Of a stretch of DNA of 64,000 bases, positions 28,201-35,632 are shown one piece after another. The notes beneath the pieces were generated by a model. That model did not search any database. It was given only the letters and a program-made list of their open reading frames with translations, and was not told the origin of the DNA. The DNA comes from a virus, in the IMG/VR virus record IMGVR_UViG_3300017917_002593, positions 22,212 through 86,211 of that record; one strand, given 5' to 3'. Numbering within the stretch: position 1 is the stretch's first letter; each line of letters begins with the position of its first letter. A program made the translations under genes and the position numbers.

Positions 28201-30568
28201 GTACAGAGTTAGAAAAGATTTTAATGTAATTGTTGATATCTTAACAACAGGCACAAGCGGAGTAACTGACAAGGTTGTAGCAAACAGCATTGAACCTGTA
28301 TCTAATGATGCAGTAAATGCCTACGAATTGCTAATTGCTAACAAACAATATCTACAAGAGCAAGTAATTGCCTATGTTGAAAGTACTAAGACTGCTGAGT
28401 TTGAATATGACATGTCTAAGTGCTATCGCGATGTTGGATATATTGTAGACAGTGTAGCATTTGACATCAAGTACGGTGGAAATAGGCAAGCTATTCAAAG
28501 CGGTGTTTACTATTACGGATTCTCTACATCTACTTCTGCTATTGCAGGAGAAATTGATCAAACAATTGCAGCATACACAAGATTAAAAGAAATTCTTCCA
28601 GCTATTGTAACCAATACTGCGATTGCTAAGAGTCCAAATAATACACTAACTCAGGTAACAAACTTAACAACTGCTACATCAGCAGAAGGTATTGAGTTAG
28701 AAAACATGGTTGATTTAATTACAGGTATTATCACAACGGGTCCGTCTGTTGCAGAAGTTCAACAACCTGTAAGTTTAACAGTATCTTCTTCAACATCTGT
28801 AACTGCTGCTGCCGAAATTTTAGTTGCAAACAGAAACTTTATTGTTGAAGAAGTTGTTAACTATATTAACTATGTACACTTAGTTGGTACAGAGACAGAA
28901 GCACAGGCTATTAAAAATAATGTTAATTTAATTAATAACATTATTGAATATGGACCTGATGAAGTTTCTGTTAAGGAACCAATTGCATTAGCAAGAAGTA
29001 CCGGTACTGCTGTAGTTAATGCTGCTAAACTATTGGCTGCAAACAGAGATTTTATTCGTGCAGAAACAATTGCCTTTATCAACAACACTTATAACACTGG
29101 CTTCTTATATGACAAGAGCAAGTGCCGTAGAGATACCGGCCTAATTGTTGATAGTCTTGCGTTTGATTTACTCTACAACGGACTAACAGAAAGTACATTT
29201 GCTGGTTTACAATATTGGAACCAAGATACTTATACAGGCACAATTAAAGGAGAAATTACAACTACAACTAATGCTATTAGATACCTAAAAGAATTAGTAC
29301 AAGATGTAGTTTTAAATGTGCCAGTTGCTGCAACTACTGGAAATGTAACTTCTCAAGTTATTAACTTAACAACCAGTACAGCAGGTATTGCAGGTGTTCT
29401 TGCTGGTAATGTTGACCTAATGTTAGATATTTTAACAAATGGAACAGCAGGAGTAACAGATCGAATTATACCAAACGGTGTTCGTACAACTGCAACTGAT
29501 AGAGTTAGCGCATACGATCTATTGCAAGCAAACAAGACATTCTTACAAAACGAAGTTGTTGCAAGAATTGATCTTGACAATACTCAGTTTGAATATGATA
29601 GAGCAACTTGCAGACGAGACCTCGGTTATATCATTGACAGTTTAAGTTTTGATATAGTACACGGCGGTAACAAACAGAGTATCACTTCCGGAGTTTACTA
29701 CTACGGATTTAATGCTAACGATACTGCTATTGATGACCAAATTCCTCAAACAACTGCGGCCTACAACTATATTAGAGAATTAGTTGATAGAATTATTAGA
29801 GGACAAGCTGTTCCGGTAACATATCAAAAGAAAGTTCCGCAAGTTATTACAACAAACGTCGGAACAACTTTAGAAGTTACCAGTGTAAGAACTTCAATTG
29901 ATAATATTACAAATATTATTAATAATGGCCCGTCAGTAGCTCCTACAAAACAACCAATTAGTTTAACTGCAAGTACCAGCACAGATGTTGTTAATGCATT
30001 TAATTTATTGTTAGCAAATAGAGCATTTATACAAGCCGAAGTTATATCTTACATCGATACAGTCTTTACTGATGCTACTAACTACAACAAAGACAAGTGC
30101 TTCCGAGACATGGGCGCAATTGTTGATGCTGTAGGTTATGATTTAATTTACGGTGGAAACTATAACTCTGTCAATACTGGTAATGGTTATTTCCTACGCA
30201 AAGGACAATACCACTTAGTAAGACTTGAACAAAACGTAACAGATCCTACACTGTTCATTGATGGAGCAACTGTAAGATTCTATCAACAGAGTTATATTTC
30301 TGCTTCTGGTTATCTGTTTGAATATGTAGGTGCTGGTACACAGTACGGTGCTCTACCTCAGGTTGGTACTGCTGACCCGCAACAGACCAAAGAAGTAGTT
30401 CAGTTAAATAATGGTAAAGTATTCTTTACAAGTACTGACCAGAATGGTGACTTCCGCATTGGTCCGACACTTGTTATCAGTCAAAGTACTGGTATCTTAA
30501 GTGGACGAACATTCCAAAAGTCGCTGTATGCGGAAATGACTCCGTTTATCTTGGTAGTAGGAGCATAA
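22268..30568 (+). CDS. Giant virion protein: beta-helix scaffold with 12 (K/T)CxRD repeats
   Basis: Shares scaffold blocks (SPYIQNCTNQSGP, SFVFDAFTQ, VFFTSTDQNGDFRIG) with 15287..21856. Confidence 0.75.
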   Translation: MPRLLSNRKPVARPSELKENRWEYLNLQQAQPALGPAPEANTGFTLETDENGKVTYTNTLGKLAFDEQVISGTLPGVDIEIDSSINNGEIVLTPLQTARIAGNLSVQGDEIVDGNFTVRGIPEGTAPLVSNTLYVTPDGNDENDGTAMDRTRACRTISGAVRSPFYQPGTAIKVMAGTYFEDNPIPLKPYTSVVGNDLRTTFVEPLNKDLDLFHVNSGVYIAQMQMRNLRRGSVERYAPGGAGTYTTGAYCVAFPPNLENPIDVYYSPYIQNCTNQSGPWLKDGTMMVPNQTVQIPLAAGTSTWTAGVDQITVTLYTGTVVVGMAVNDAANEGYRNAQLLLKKNREFLQKQTVAYVEDAYPDLVYDQAKCYRDVGYIVDAVAGDARFGGNKRSIEAGLSYWRGNTSLIAGEQGETAAAINYLRDISLQVITNTTVTNIFNTLSNQVFDLALDGGSVVSTRATDSYNLITEILLNGETSAPDQPTPDLLGLIYPTGLSPNDVNVASTVTAVTQLTTNTYLVTLSTSTVSPSDNATIYFGYTTTYPYLDADVPPEWSTNLAEGYVDRRLDPIGSGGGALVDGNAPSLRSPIQSFVFDAFTQLNQGGIGIHIINNGYAQLVSVFTIMCSQAVIVENGGIASITNSNANFGDTCLTAKGLGKLAFQGFVVNPAFPTNVPNGEYYPLGYWPQKQVMEVFIPSDRDRPHIGQVMEVVPPDTYLNFEGERVPFINEAGYPGYLIATVNTNTISTGSFIINDVDVTGVSVGHTLYVRDVLGNEVHPETGIPYVTTGTQVVDVNYRQIVLDRPILAGYTDALNPSYFNLYFCGNAYYTVLSSNIDPTLASTVTTEVTLVAGQETTTSLAVSYAKNLALRVIQNTPINGFVYNQAKCKRDTGLIVDALAVDLLHPTSELSQSNFAGLQYWNQENYVGTIANEITTTTNAVQFVKELAMEIVQGITTGTRYQSTVTQNIGLPLASSVEAAIISNDFDVIIDILVDGVAGVTDKIIPNGEQTSDENTARAYSLLTANKAYIQAEAVAFVEYTKTPGFTYDSAKCYRDVGYMVDSVAFDLLHPNGSVPSNRQAIQSGVYYYGYISTSTSIVGEIVQTTAAYNYIKDLVPYIVKGITTSTYQTYIDQVTDLTPGTDAEVNEIQSYIDHITNVINVGPAAARVKVPVSLTQSTDPNVYNAYRMLNANRAFIQESVIAYINKTYDSGTYQSVYPQVFDQTLTGGVDAVQSLGEKFDIISGIIINGADSSPEIIRPRQYVDSNQNILNAKKLLEKNRLFIQAETVAFVDSIWPSKFSYDPAKCSRDTGLIVDALAQDLLFNGTSQSTFAGIQYWNQGLTVIPGEQTTTTNAVKYLKSVAQDVILNKQQRYKYQSTVTQVVSTITSSTTATSLSLGTKFDTIINILETGTDGITDKIVPNSLDQSTSSAVLAAYNLLQANKEYLQHETVAWVEANANFNYDQVKCARDTGLIVDSIAFDILYPTATDSQSNFAGLQYWNQSNYVGTIANEITTTTNAITHISSIAQKIVVGDTSGTRYQNTVTQTTSTATGIVGDAVVVGTNFGVILNILSTGTAGVTDIIVPNGRRSITTSTVNAYNLLVANRSYLVAEAIAFVEDTKTAGFNYDQTKCARDVGYMVDSVAFDLLHGGNKQSVQSGVLYYGYDSTSTSIPNEIPQTTAAYNRIREILPRILSGVEISPSQGNTTKQITYMLPVNNATILSAQAKVDKITRIINNGPSAASELTPISLTPSSDANADRAYDLLVANRDFIKDEIIAYINSTFTGFVYDKAKCFRDVGYMVDSVSFDILYGGNRQSIQSGVYYYGYQEDSSAIAGEIPQTTEAYNFIEKIVGDIVTGTLITNPQQASVPQVTNLSFTYNQNKCSRDTGILVDSFITDLLFNENGYTQSNFSGLQYWNQNGYTGSIASEITTTTNAVRYLRSLAEQIVINGTSTATVVRYSTTASQVTNLTTATYDQLYRVRKDFNVIVDILTTGTSGVTDKVVANSIEPVSNDAVNAYELLIANKQYLQEQVIAYVESTKTAEFEYDMSKCYRDVGYIVDSVAFDIKYGGNRQAIQSGVYYYGFSTSTSAIAGEIDQTIAAYTRLKEILPAIVTNTAIAKSPNNTLTQVTNLTTATSAEGIELENMVDLITGIITTGPSVAEVQQPVSLTVSSSTSVTAAAEILVANRNFIVEEVVNYINYVHLVGTETEAQAIKNNVNLINNIIEYGPDEVSVKEPIALARSTGTAVVNAAKLLAANRDFIRAETIAFINNTYNTGFLYDKSKCRRDTGLIVDSLAFDLLYNGLTESTFAGLQYWNQDTYTGTIKGEITTTTNAIRYLKELVQDVVLNVPVAATTGNVTSQVINLTTSTAGIAGVLAGNVDLMLDILTNGTAGVTDRIIPNGVRTTATDRVSAYDLLQANKTFLQNEVVARIDLDNTQFEYDRATCRRDLGYIIDSLSFDIVHGGNKQSITSGVYYYGFNANDTAIDDQIPQTTAAYNYIRELVDRIIRGQAVPVTYQKKVPQVITTNVGTTLEVTSVRTSIDNITNIINNGPSVAPTKQPISLTASTSTDVVNAFNLLLANRAFIQAEVISYIDTVFTDATNYNKDKCFRDMGAIVDAVGYDLIYGGNYNSVNTGNGYFLRKGQYHLVRLEQNVTDPTLFIDGATVRFYQQSYISASGYLFEYVGAGTQYGALPQVGTADPQQTKEVVQLNNGKVFFTSTDQNGDFRIGPTLVISQSTGILSGRTFQKSLYAEMTPFILVVGA

Positions 30569-30569
30569 C

Positions 30570-32318
30570 GTGGCAATATTATTAAGCGGAAAAACAAGAA
30601 ACCCAACAGCACCGAGCGGTTATATTAGTTTAGGTCAGACTCAGGCAGCTCTGGGTAATACTCCGTCTACTGCAACTGGTTATACTCTTATAACAGCAAA
30701 CTCGCAAACTACATATGCTTCAACATTAGGAAAAGTTGAGTTTACATTTACCAACACTGCTAACTTTATAACAAGTACTATTCCGAATGGCAATGTCATT
30801 TATCAACCTAACGGAACAGGAACACTGTATCTATATGGCAATGTTGTAATCCCCAGCTTAGATGCACAAACGGCATTTAAAGGACCAGTTAAAGCTGCTA
30901 CAACTGCTAACATTGATTTAATCGGTGGTGCTCCTATAGAAGTTGACGGATATAGTCTCGTATTAAACGATCGAGTATTAGTTCGAGCACAGACAAATAC
31001 AGCAACTAACGGTATCTATGTTGTTAGTTTCTTAGGAAACGGTACTAACGGAACATGGGCAAGATCTGCGGATACCAATACTGCTGAAGAAATGGCTGCT
31101 GCTATTGTTAGTGTTGTTAACGGGGATACACTATCTGGAAGATATTTCTATAACGACTTTAAAAACACCGATACATTAGAAACCGATCCTGTCAATTGGT
31201 ACCAACTAATTGCAGATACTAAACCAAATCAAGATCTTTTTAATAAGTTAATAGATGCAACTGATATCGGTACACGTATTCCAGGCCGTGGTTTCTTTAC
31301 AGAAATTCAAAGTACAGGAAGTTTTGTTGCCGATAAGCTGCGTCTAACCAGTACTGAAACTTCTACAAGTACACAGAGCGGTGCATTGGTAGTTGCAGGC
31401 GGTGTTGGTATTGGTGGAAATATGAATATCGAAGGTCCTGTAAGGATCTATGATTTAACTTCTGCAACCAGTACATTCTCCGGAGCATTAATTGTACAAG
31501 GCGGAGCCGGATTTAACGGCGATATCTACGCACAAAGATATTTTGCAGAAGGCGAACCACTTGATAATTTATTTTGGAACGGCGGAGAAATATCGGCACC
31601 GTTAAGAATTAGAAACCCTGCACAAGCTACAAACACTTATTCAGGCGCACTTCAAGTATGGGGCGGAGCTGGAATTGGCGGCGATTTGTATGTAGGTAAG
31701 AGCATAACACTCGAAACTCCTATCGAAACAGAAAGTGTTTACTTCAGAATGCGTAACACTGCTACTAACGGACAGAGTTATACATGGAGAGTAGGCGGAA
31801 ACAACTATGCAGGACAGAACGGCACCAACTTAAACGAAGGTGGCTTATCGTTATATAACGATACTCAAAACGTTTATCGCCTTGCAATTACAAAAACAAC
31901 TGGTAATTTGCTTGTTGGCCCACAAACAGACAACGGCGTCGACAAGCTACAAGTATCCGGAAGTGTTCGTTTTGGGGATGGTCAACTGTTTACACGCAGT
32001 ACCAGCATAAATAACACAAGTACTACGGTAATTGACAGTTTTCCTGCTGCAAATTATAGGACTGCGAAGCTTTTAATTCAAATAGCTGACGGGGTAGGAG
32101 CAAGTGCAAAATTCCATGTAGTAGAAATAGTTGTATTAGTAGACAACAGCGGTAACGTTTATAAGTCTGAATACGGTATTATTACTACAGGAGGTGCCAT
32201 AGGGGAGTTTGATGTGGATTATAACATAGGAGGCAATGGTCTAGTAAGATTATTATTCACGGCAGACGCTGCGTCAGCAAAACAAGTTAAGGTCGTAAGA
32301 ACCAGCATCAGTAGGTAA
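30570..32318 (+). CDS. Tail fibre-like structural protein
   Basis: VKAATTANI...DRVLVRAQT..TNGIYVV domain; GALxVxGGxGI repeats; C-terminal IDSF...YRTAK domain. Confidence 0.7.
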   Translation: MAILLSGKTRNPTAPSGYISLGQTQAALGNTPSTATGYTLITANSQTTYASTLGKVEFTFTNTANFITSTIPNGNVIYQPNGTGTLYLYGNVVIPSLDAQTAFKGPVKAATTANIDLIGGAPIEVDGYSLVLNDRVLVRAQTNTATNGIYVVSFLGNGTNGTWARSADTNTAEEMAAAIVSVVNGDTLSGRYFYNDFKNTDTLETDPVNWYQLIADTKPNQDLFNKLIDATDIGTRIPGRGFFTEIQSTGSFVADKLRLTSTETSTSTQSGALVVAGGVGIGGNMNIEGPVRIYDLTSATSTFSGALIVQGGAGFNGDIYAQRYFAEGEPLDNLFWNGGEISAPLRIRNPAQATNTYSGALQVWGGAGIGGDLYVGKSITLETPIETESVYFRMRNTATNGQSYTWRVGGNNYAGQNGTNLNEGGLSLYNDTQNVYRLAITKTTGNLLVGPQTDNGVDKLQVSGSVRFGDGQLFTRSTSINNTSTTVIDSFPAANYRTAKLLIQIADGVGASAKFHVVEIVVLVDNSGNVYKSEYGIITTGGAIGEFDVDYNIGGNGLVRLLFTADAASAKQVKVVRTSISR

Positions 32319-32332
32319 AAAAGGAACAACAG

Positions 32333-35300
32333 ATGGCACAAATAAAAGATTTCGTCGTCAAACAAGGCTTAGTTGCAGAAGGTAATGCACAATCTCTATC
32401 AACCACAACTGGTGCTTTGATTGTAGGCGGCGGCGCTGGTTTAGGCGGAAACCTAAGTGTTGGCGGATCTATCAAACGATATGGAAATGTAGATCAAGGT
32501 AGAGAGCACGCACTTGGTGCTCAATTATCTTTACGTGATGCAACATTTACAGACGAATTAGTTAGCGGACGCACAGGATGGGGCGTTGTAAACTATTTTG
32601 GTCAAGCAACATTAGACACAATTAGTGAATCAGCAACTTATACAAACGCTGCAAGTTTGTTTATTAAAGGTGCCCCACAAGCTGGTACAAACTTAACAAT
32701 TGAAAAAGCCTGGTCAATCTACATTACTTCAGGTACTGTATTCATTGGCGAGACTCAGGGTAATACATCAACTACATCGAGCCAATCCTTACAAGTTGCA
32801 GGCGGAATTAGTTTCAATAACGGATTAGTTGGTTACGGTGGCGGTAACTTATATGGTCCTTTCGATCTTAACGGAAGTCCGATTGTTACTAAAGCTACAC
32901 AAAACGTAGGTTTGGCAGAATTCCCAGACGGAATTCGAATTACAACTTCAACTCAATCTGTTAGCACAAACACCGGAGCGTTAATTGTTGATCGTAACGG
33001 CGGCGCAGGTATCGGTGGCAATTTATATGTCGGCGGCAGATTTGTTGGAGAAACAACTGGTACATTTTTAAGCACGGTAAACGCTGTTTCTACATCAACC
33101 GGTGCTTTAACAATTAAAGGCGGTCTGGGTGTAGGCGCAGACTTATATGCCGAGAACGGATTCTTTGTATCCGGACAAGCCAGCACAACTACTGTAGGCG
33201 GAAACAGCTTACAGGTAACAAATAATGGCGGTCTTGGAGTAACTGGCTCTGCAAGATTTGAAAGTCAAGTTTGGATTACAAGTCTATCCGACAGCACAGG
33301 CCCCGGAACAGGTGCATTAATTGTTCAAGGTGGTGCAGTAGTCGAAAGAAATTTAGCCGCCGACACTGCTAAAATTCTAAGTGAAACTGCTGCAAGTTCA
33401 ACAGATACTGCGGCATTTACTGTAGTAGGCGGTGTTGGAATTGGCAAGAATTTAATTATTGGAGACGCTGGTAGTTCAACTGGCACTACATTAACTAACG
33501 CTTTAGTTGTTGCAGGTGGCGGATATTTCGGCGGCTCTTTAACTGTCGACGGTTCTACTGTAATTAAAGGTGATCTGTATCTGTTAGGTACTGGTACACA
33601 AGTTACAATCAATAGTACAAACACTTATGTAGTTGACCCAGTTATTGAAATTGGTGGCGGCGTAGACGGTGCAATGTTAACATTGCCTGATGTCTATGAC
33701 AAAGGTTTATTAATTCACTATCAAAATGCTGTAAGTACTGCTACTGATTTCCGTGCATTCGTTGGTTTAGAAAATACCACTGAAAGATTTATCTTCAAGC
33801 AGAATATTTTACCAGGCGTGGGCGGCAACGATCCGTTCGGTGACTATTATAATAGCGGAACTTGGAGCACATTAGAAGCTGGTAGTTTAATTCTACGCAA
33901 TACTACACCTGCAACTGATGAAAATACTGGAGCATTGATTGTTGCAGGCGGTTTAGGTGTAAGTGGAAACAGTGTATTTGCAAGTAATACAGTTACATTT
34001 ATCAGTGAAGCATTCTCCATAACTAATATTGTAAACAATGCTATTCAAGTTCCTAACGGCGGCATTGGTTCAAAATACCTATATATTGAAGAAACTGGTT
34101 ACATTGGTAACGCAAGAATTCTTACTACCGGTACTGTTAACGAAAACATTGGCGGTATTTTTACACTAACATTTAGTTTTGTTAACTTAACAGAGTCTAA
34201 CAGTACAGATACAGGCGCAGTTACTGTTGCAGGTGGTGTTGGTATTGGCGGCAATTTAAATGTTGGCGGCAATCAAACGCTGGGCGGAACACTACGAATC
34301 TTAAATGATACGCAGTCTAACAGCACTGACACTGGCGCATTAACTGTTGTTGGCGGAGTTGGCATTGGTAAAAATGTTAATATCGGTGGTCAGACAAGGA
34401 TATACGATACATCTGCAAGCACATCAACTACTACTGGTGCATTAATTGTCGGTGGTGGTGCTGGAATTGCTGGTGATTTAGTAGTCGGAGGATTAGTAAC
34501 TGTTGTTAATACTCTAACAGTAGAAACATTAAAAGTTACAAGCGATCTTGATAGTACTGCAACTAACAATGGTGCTGTAGTTATTACTGGCGGCTTAGGC
34601 GTTGGTAAGACTATAAATGCCAATGCAATTAATATTCAAGTTGCAACTATTAATAGTGGATCAAATGCTATTTCCACAACATCAGGCGACTTAGTTGTAG
34701 CCGGTGGTGTTGGCATTGGTAAAGATGTATTCATTGGCGATCATTTAAGCGTTCAAAGTACTGAAACTTCTACAACAACTAATACTGGTGCTGTAACTGT
34801 TGCTGGCGGCGTTGGCGTAACCAAAGATGTAGTTATCGGTGGAACAATTACAAGAACTGGTCAGGTAACTAAAGACATAATTAATTCTTTAGGTGCTGGT
34901 TTAGTTTTAAGTTCGTCTACTTACGTTGATAACTTAACTACTGGCAGTCCGACTGATTTAGCTATCCACAGTATTGGTCGTCCTACTATTCAAGGCGTGT
35001 TAAATCCAACTTGGACTAACGCTGCTACTTTATATATCGACGACGAACCGCTATTTACAGGCGGCGCAGATGCTACTAACAAGTGGGCAATTAATGTCAA
35101 GAACGGCAAAGTACGTATCGGATCTGCTGCTACAAACTTAGGAACAACCAGTTCTGGTGCATTGCAGGTAGCTGGCGGTGTCGGAGTAGGCGGTAACTTA
35201 ACTGCTGGTGGCCAGATTAAAGGAACTACATTCAAAGTTGCTGACAACATGATCAGCAGTGCTGTAGTTACTGGCAAAAATGACACGAACCCAGTAACAA

Positions 35301-35587
35301 TTGACACGTATGTTGGTAATGAATTTACTACTGCAAAATATTTGGTTCAAGCAGTTGACTTAGGTACACCTAATAAGTTCCATGTTGTTGAACTAATGGT
35401 AACTTACGACGGTGCAGGTTCCACAAACGGCGTTTACATTAGTCAATACGGAATTATAACCAATACAGGTGAGTTGGGAACTTTTGATGTTAGCTACAAT
35501 GCAGGTAATATCAATGTTATCTTTACTCCAAATTATACACCAATTAGTATGAACATTAGAGCTTTACGTATAGCTATAATGACATAA
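32333..35587 (+). CDS. Tail fibre-like structural protein with many GALxVxGGxG repeats
   Basis: About 17 repeats; C-terminal domain (TAKYLVQ..KFHVVE..SQYG) similar to that of 30570..32318. Confidence 0.75.
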   Translation: MAQIKDFVVKQGLVAEGNAQSLSTTTGALIVGGGAGLGGNLSVGGSIKRYGNVDQGREHALGAQLSLRDATFTDELVSGRTGWGVVNYFGQATLDTISESATYTNAASLFIKGAPQAGTNLTIEKAWSIYITSGTVFIGETQGNTSTTSSQSLQVAGGISFNNGLVGYGGGNLYGPFDLNGSPIVTKATQNVGLAEFPDGIRITTSTQSVSTNTGALIVDRNGGAGIGGNLYVGGRFVGETTGTFLSTVNAVSTSTGALTIKGGLGVGADLYAENGFFVSGQASTTTVGGNSLQVTNNGGLGVTGSARFESQVWITSLSDSTGPGTGALIVQGGAVVERNLAADTAKILSETAASSTDTAAFTVVGGVGIGKNLIIGDAGSSTGTTLTNALVVAGGGYFGGSLTVDGSTVIKGDLYLLGTGTQVTINSTNTYVVDPVIEIGGGVDGAMLTLPDVYDKGLLIHYQNAVSTATDFRAFVGLENTTERFIFKQNILPGVGGNDPFGDYYNSGTWSTLEAGSLILRNTTPATDENTGALIVAGGLGVSGNSVFASNTVTFISEAFSITNIVNNAIQVPNGGIGSKYLYIEETGYIGNARILTTGTVNENIGGIFTLTFSFVNLTESNSTDTGAVTVAGGVGIGGNLNVGGNQTLGGTLRILNDTQSNSTDTGALTVVGGVGIGKNVNIGGQTRIYDTSASTSTTTGALIVGGGAGIAGDLVVGGLVTVVNTLTVETLKVTSDLDSTATNNGAVVITGGLGVGKTINANAINIQVATINSGSNAISTTSGDLVVAGGVGIGKDVFIGDHLSVQSTETSTTTNTGAVTVAGGVGVTKDVVIGGTITRTGQVTKDIINSLGAGLVLSSSTYVDNLTTGSPTDLAIHSIGRPTIQGVLNPTWTNAATLYIDDEPLFTGGADATNKWAINVKNGKVRIGSAATNLGTTSSGALQVAGGVGVGGNLTAGGQIKGTTFKVADNMISSAVVTGKNDTNPVTIDTYVGNEFTTAKYLVQAVDLGTPNKFHVVELMVTYDGAGSTNGVYISQYGIITNTGELGTFDVSYNAGNINVIFTPNYTPISMNIRALRIAIMT

Positions 35588-35593
35588 TAAATA
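35586..35593 (+). promoter_or_regulatory. T4-type late promoter (AATAAATA)
   Basis: Motif upstream of ORF 35633. Confidence 0.5.
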
Positions 35594-35632
35594 TACAAAA
35601 TTTACAAGCCGTCAAGTGGAAAGGGAAACTGA

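Noticed and set aside
21540-30568. Diversity-generating retroelement TR/VR pair from the similar 3' ends of the two giant genes
   Set aside because: Both copies are coding, differences look mostly synonymous and not adenine-specific, and no reverse transcriptase is in the window
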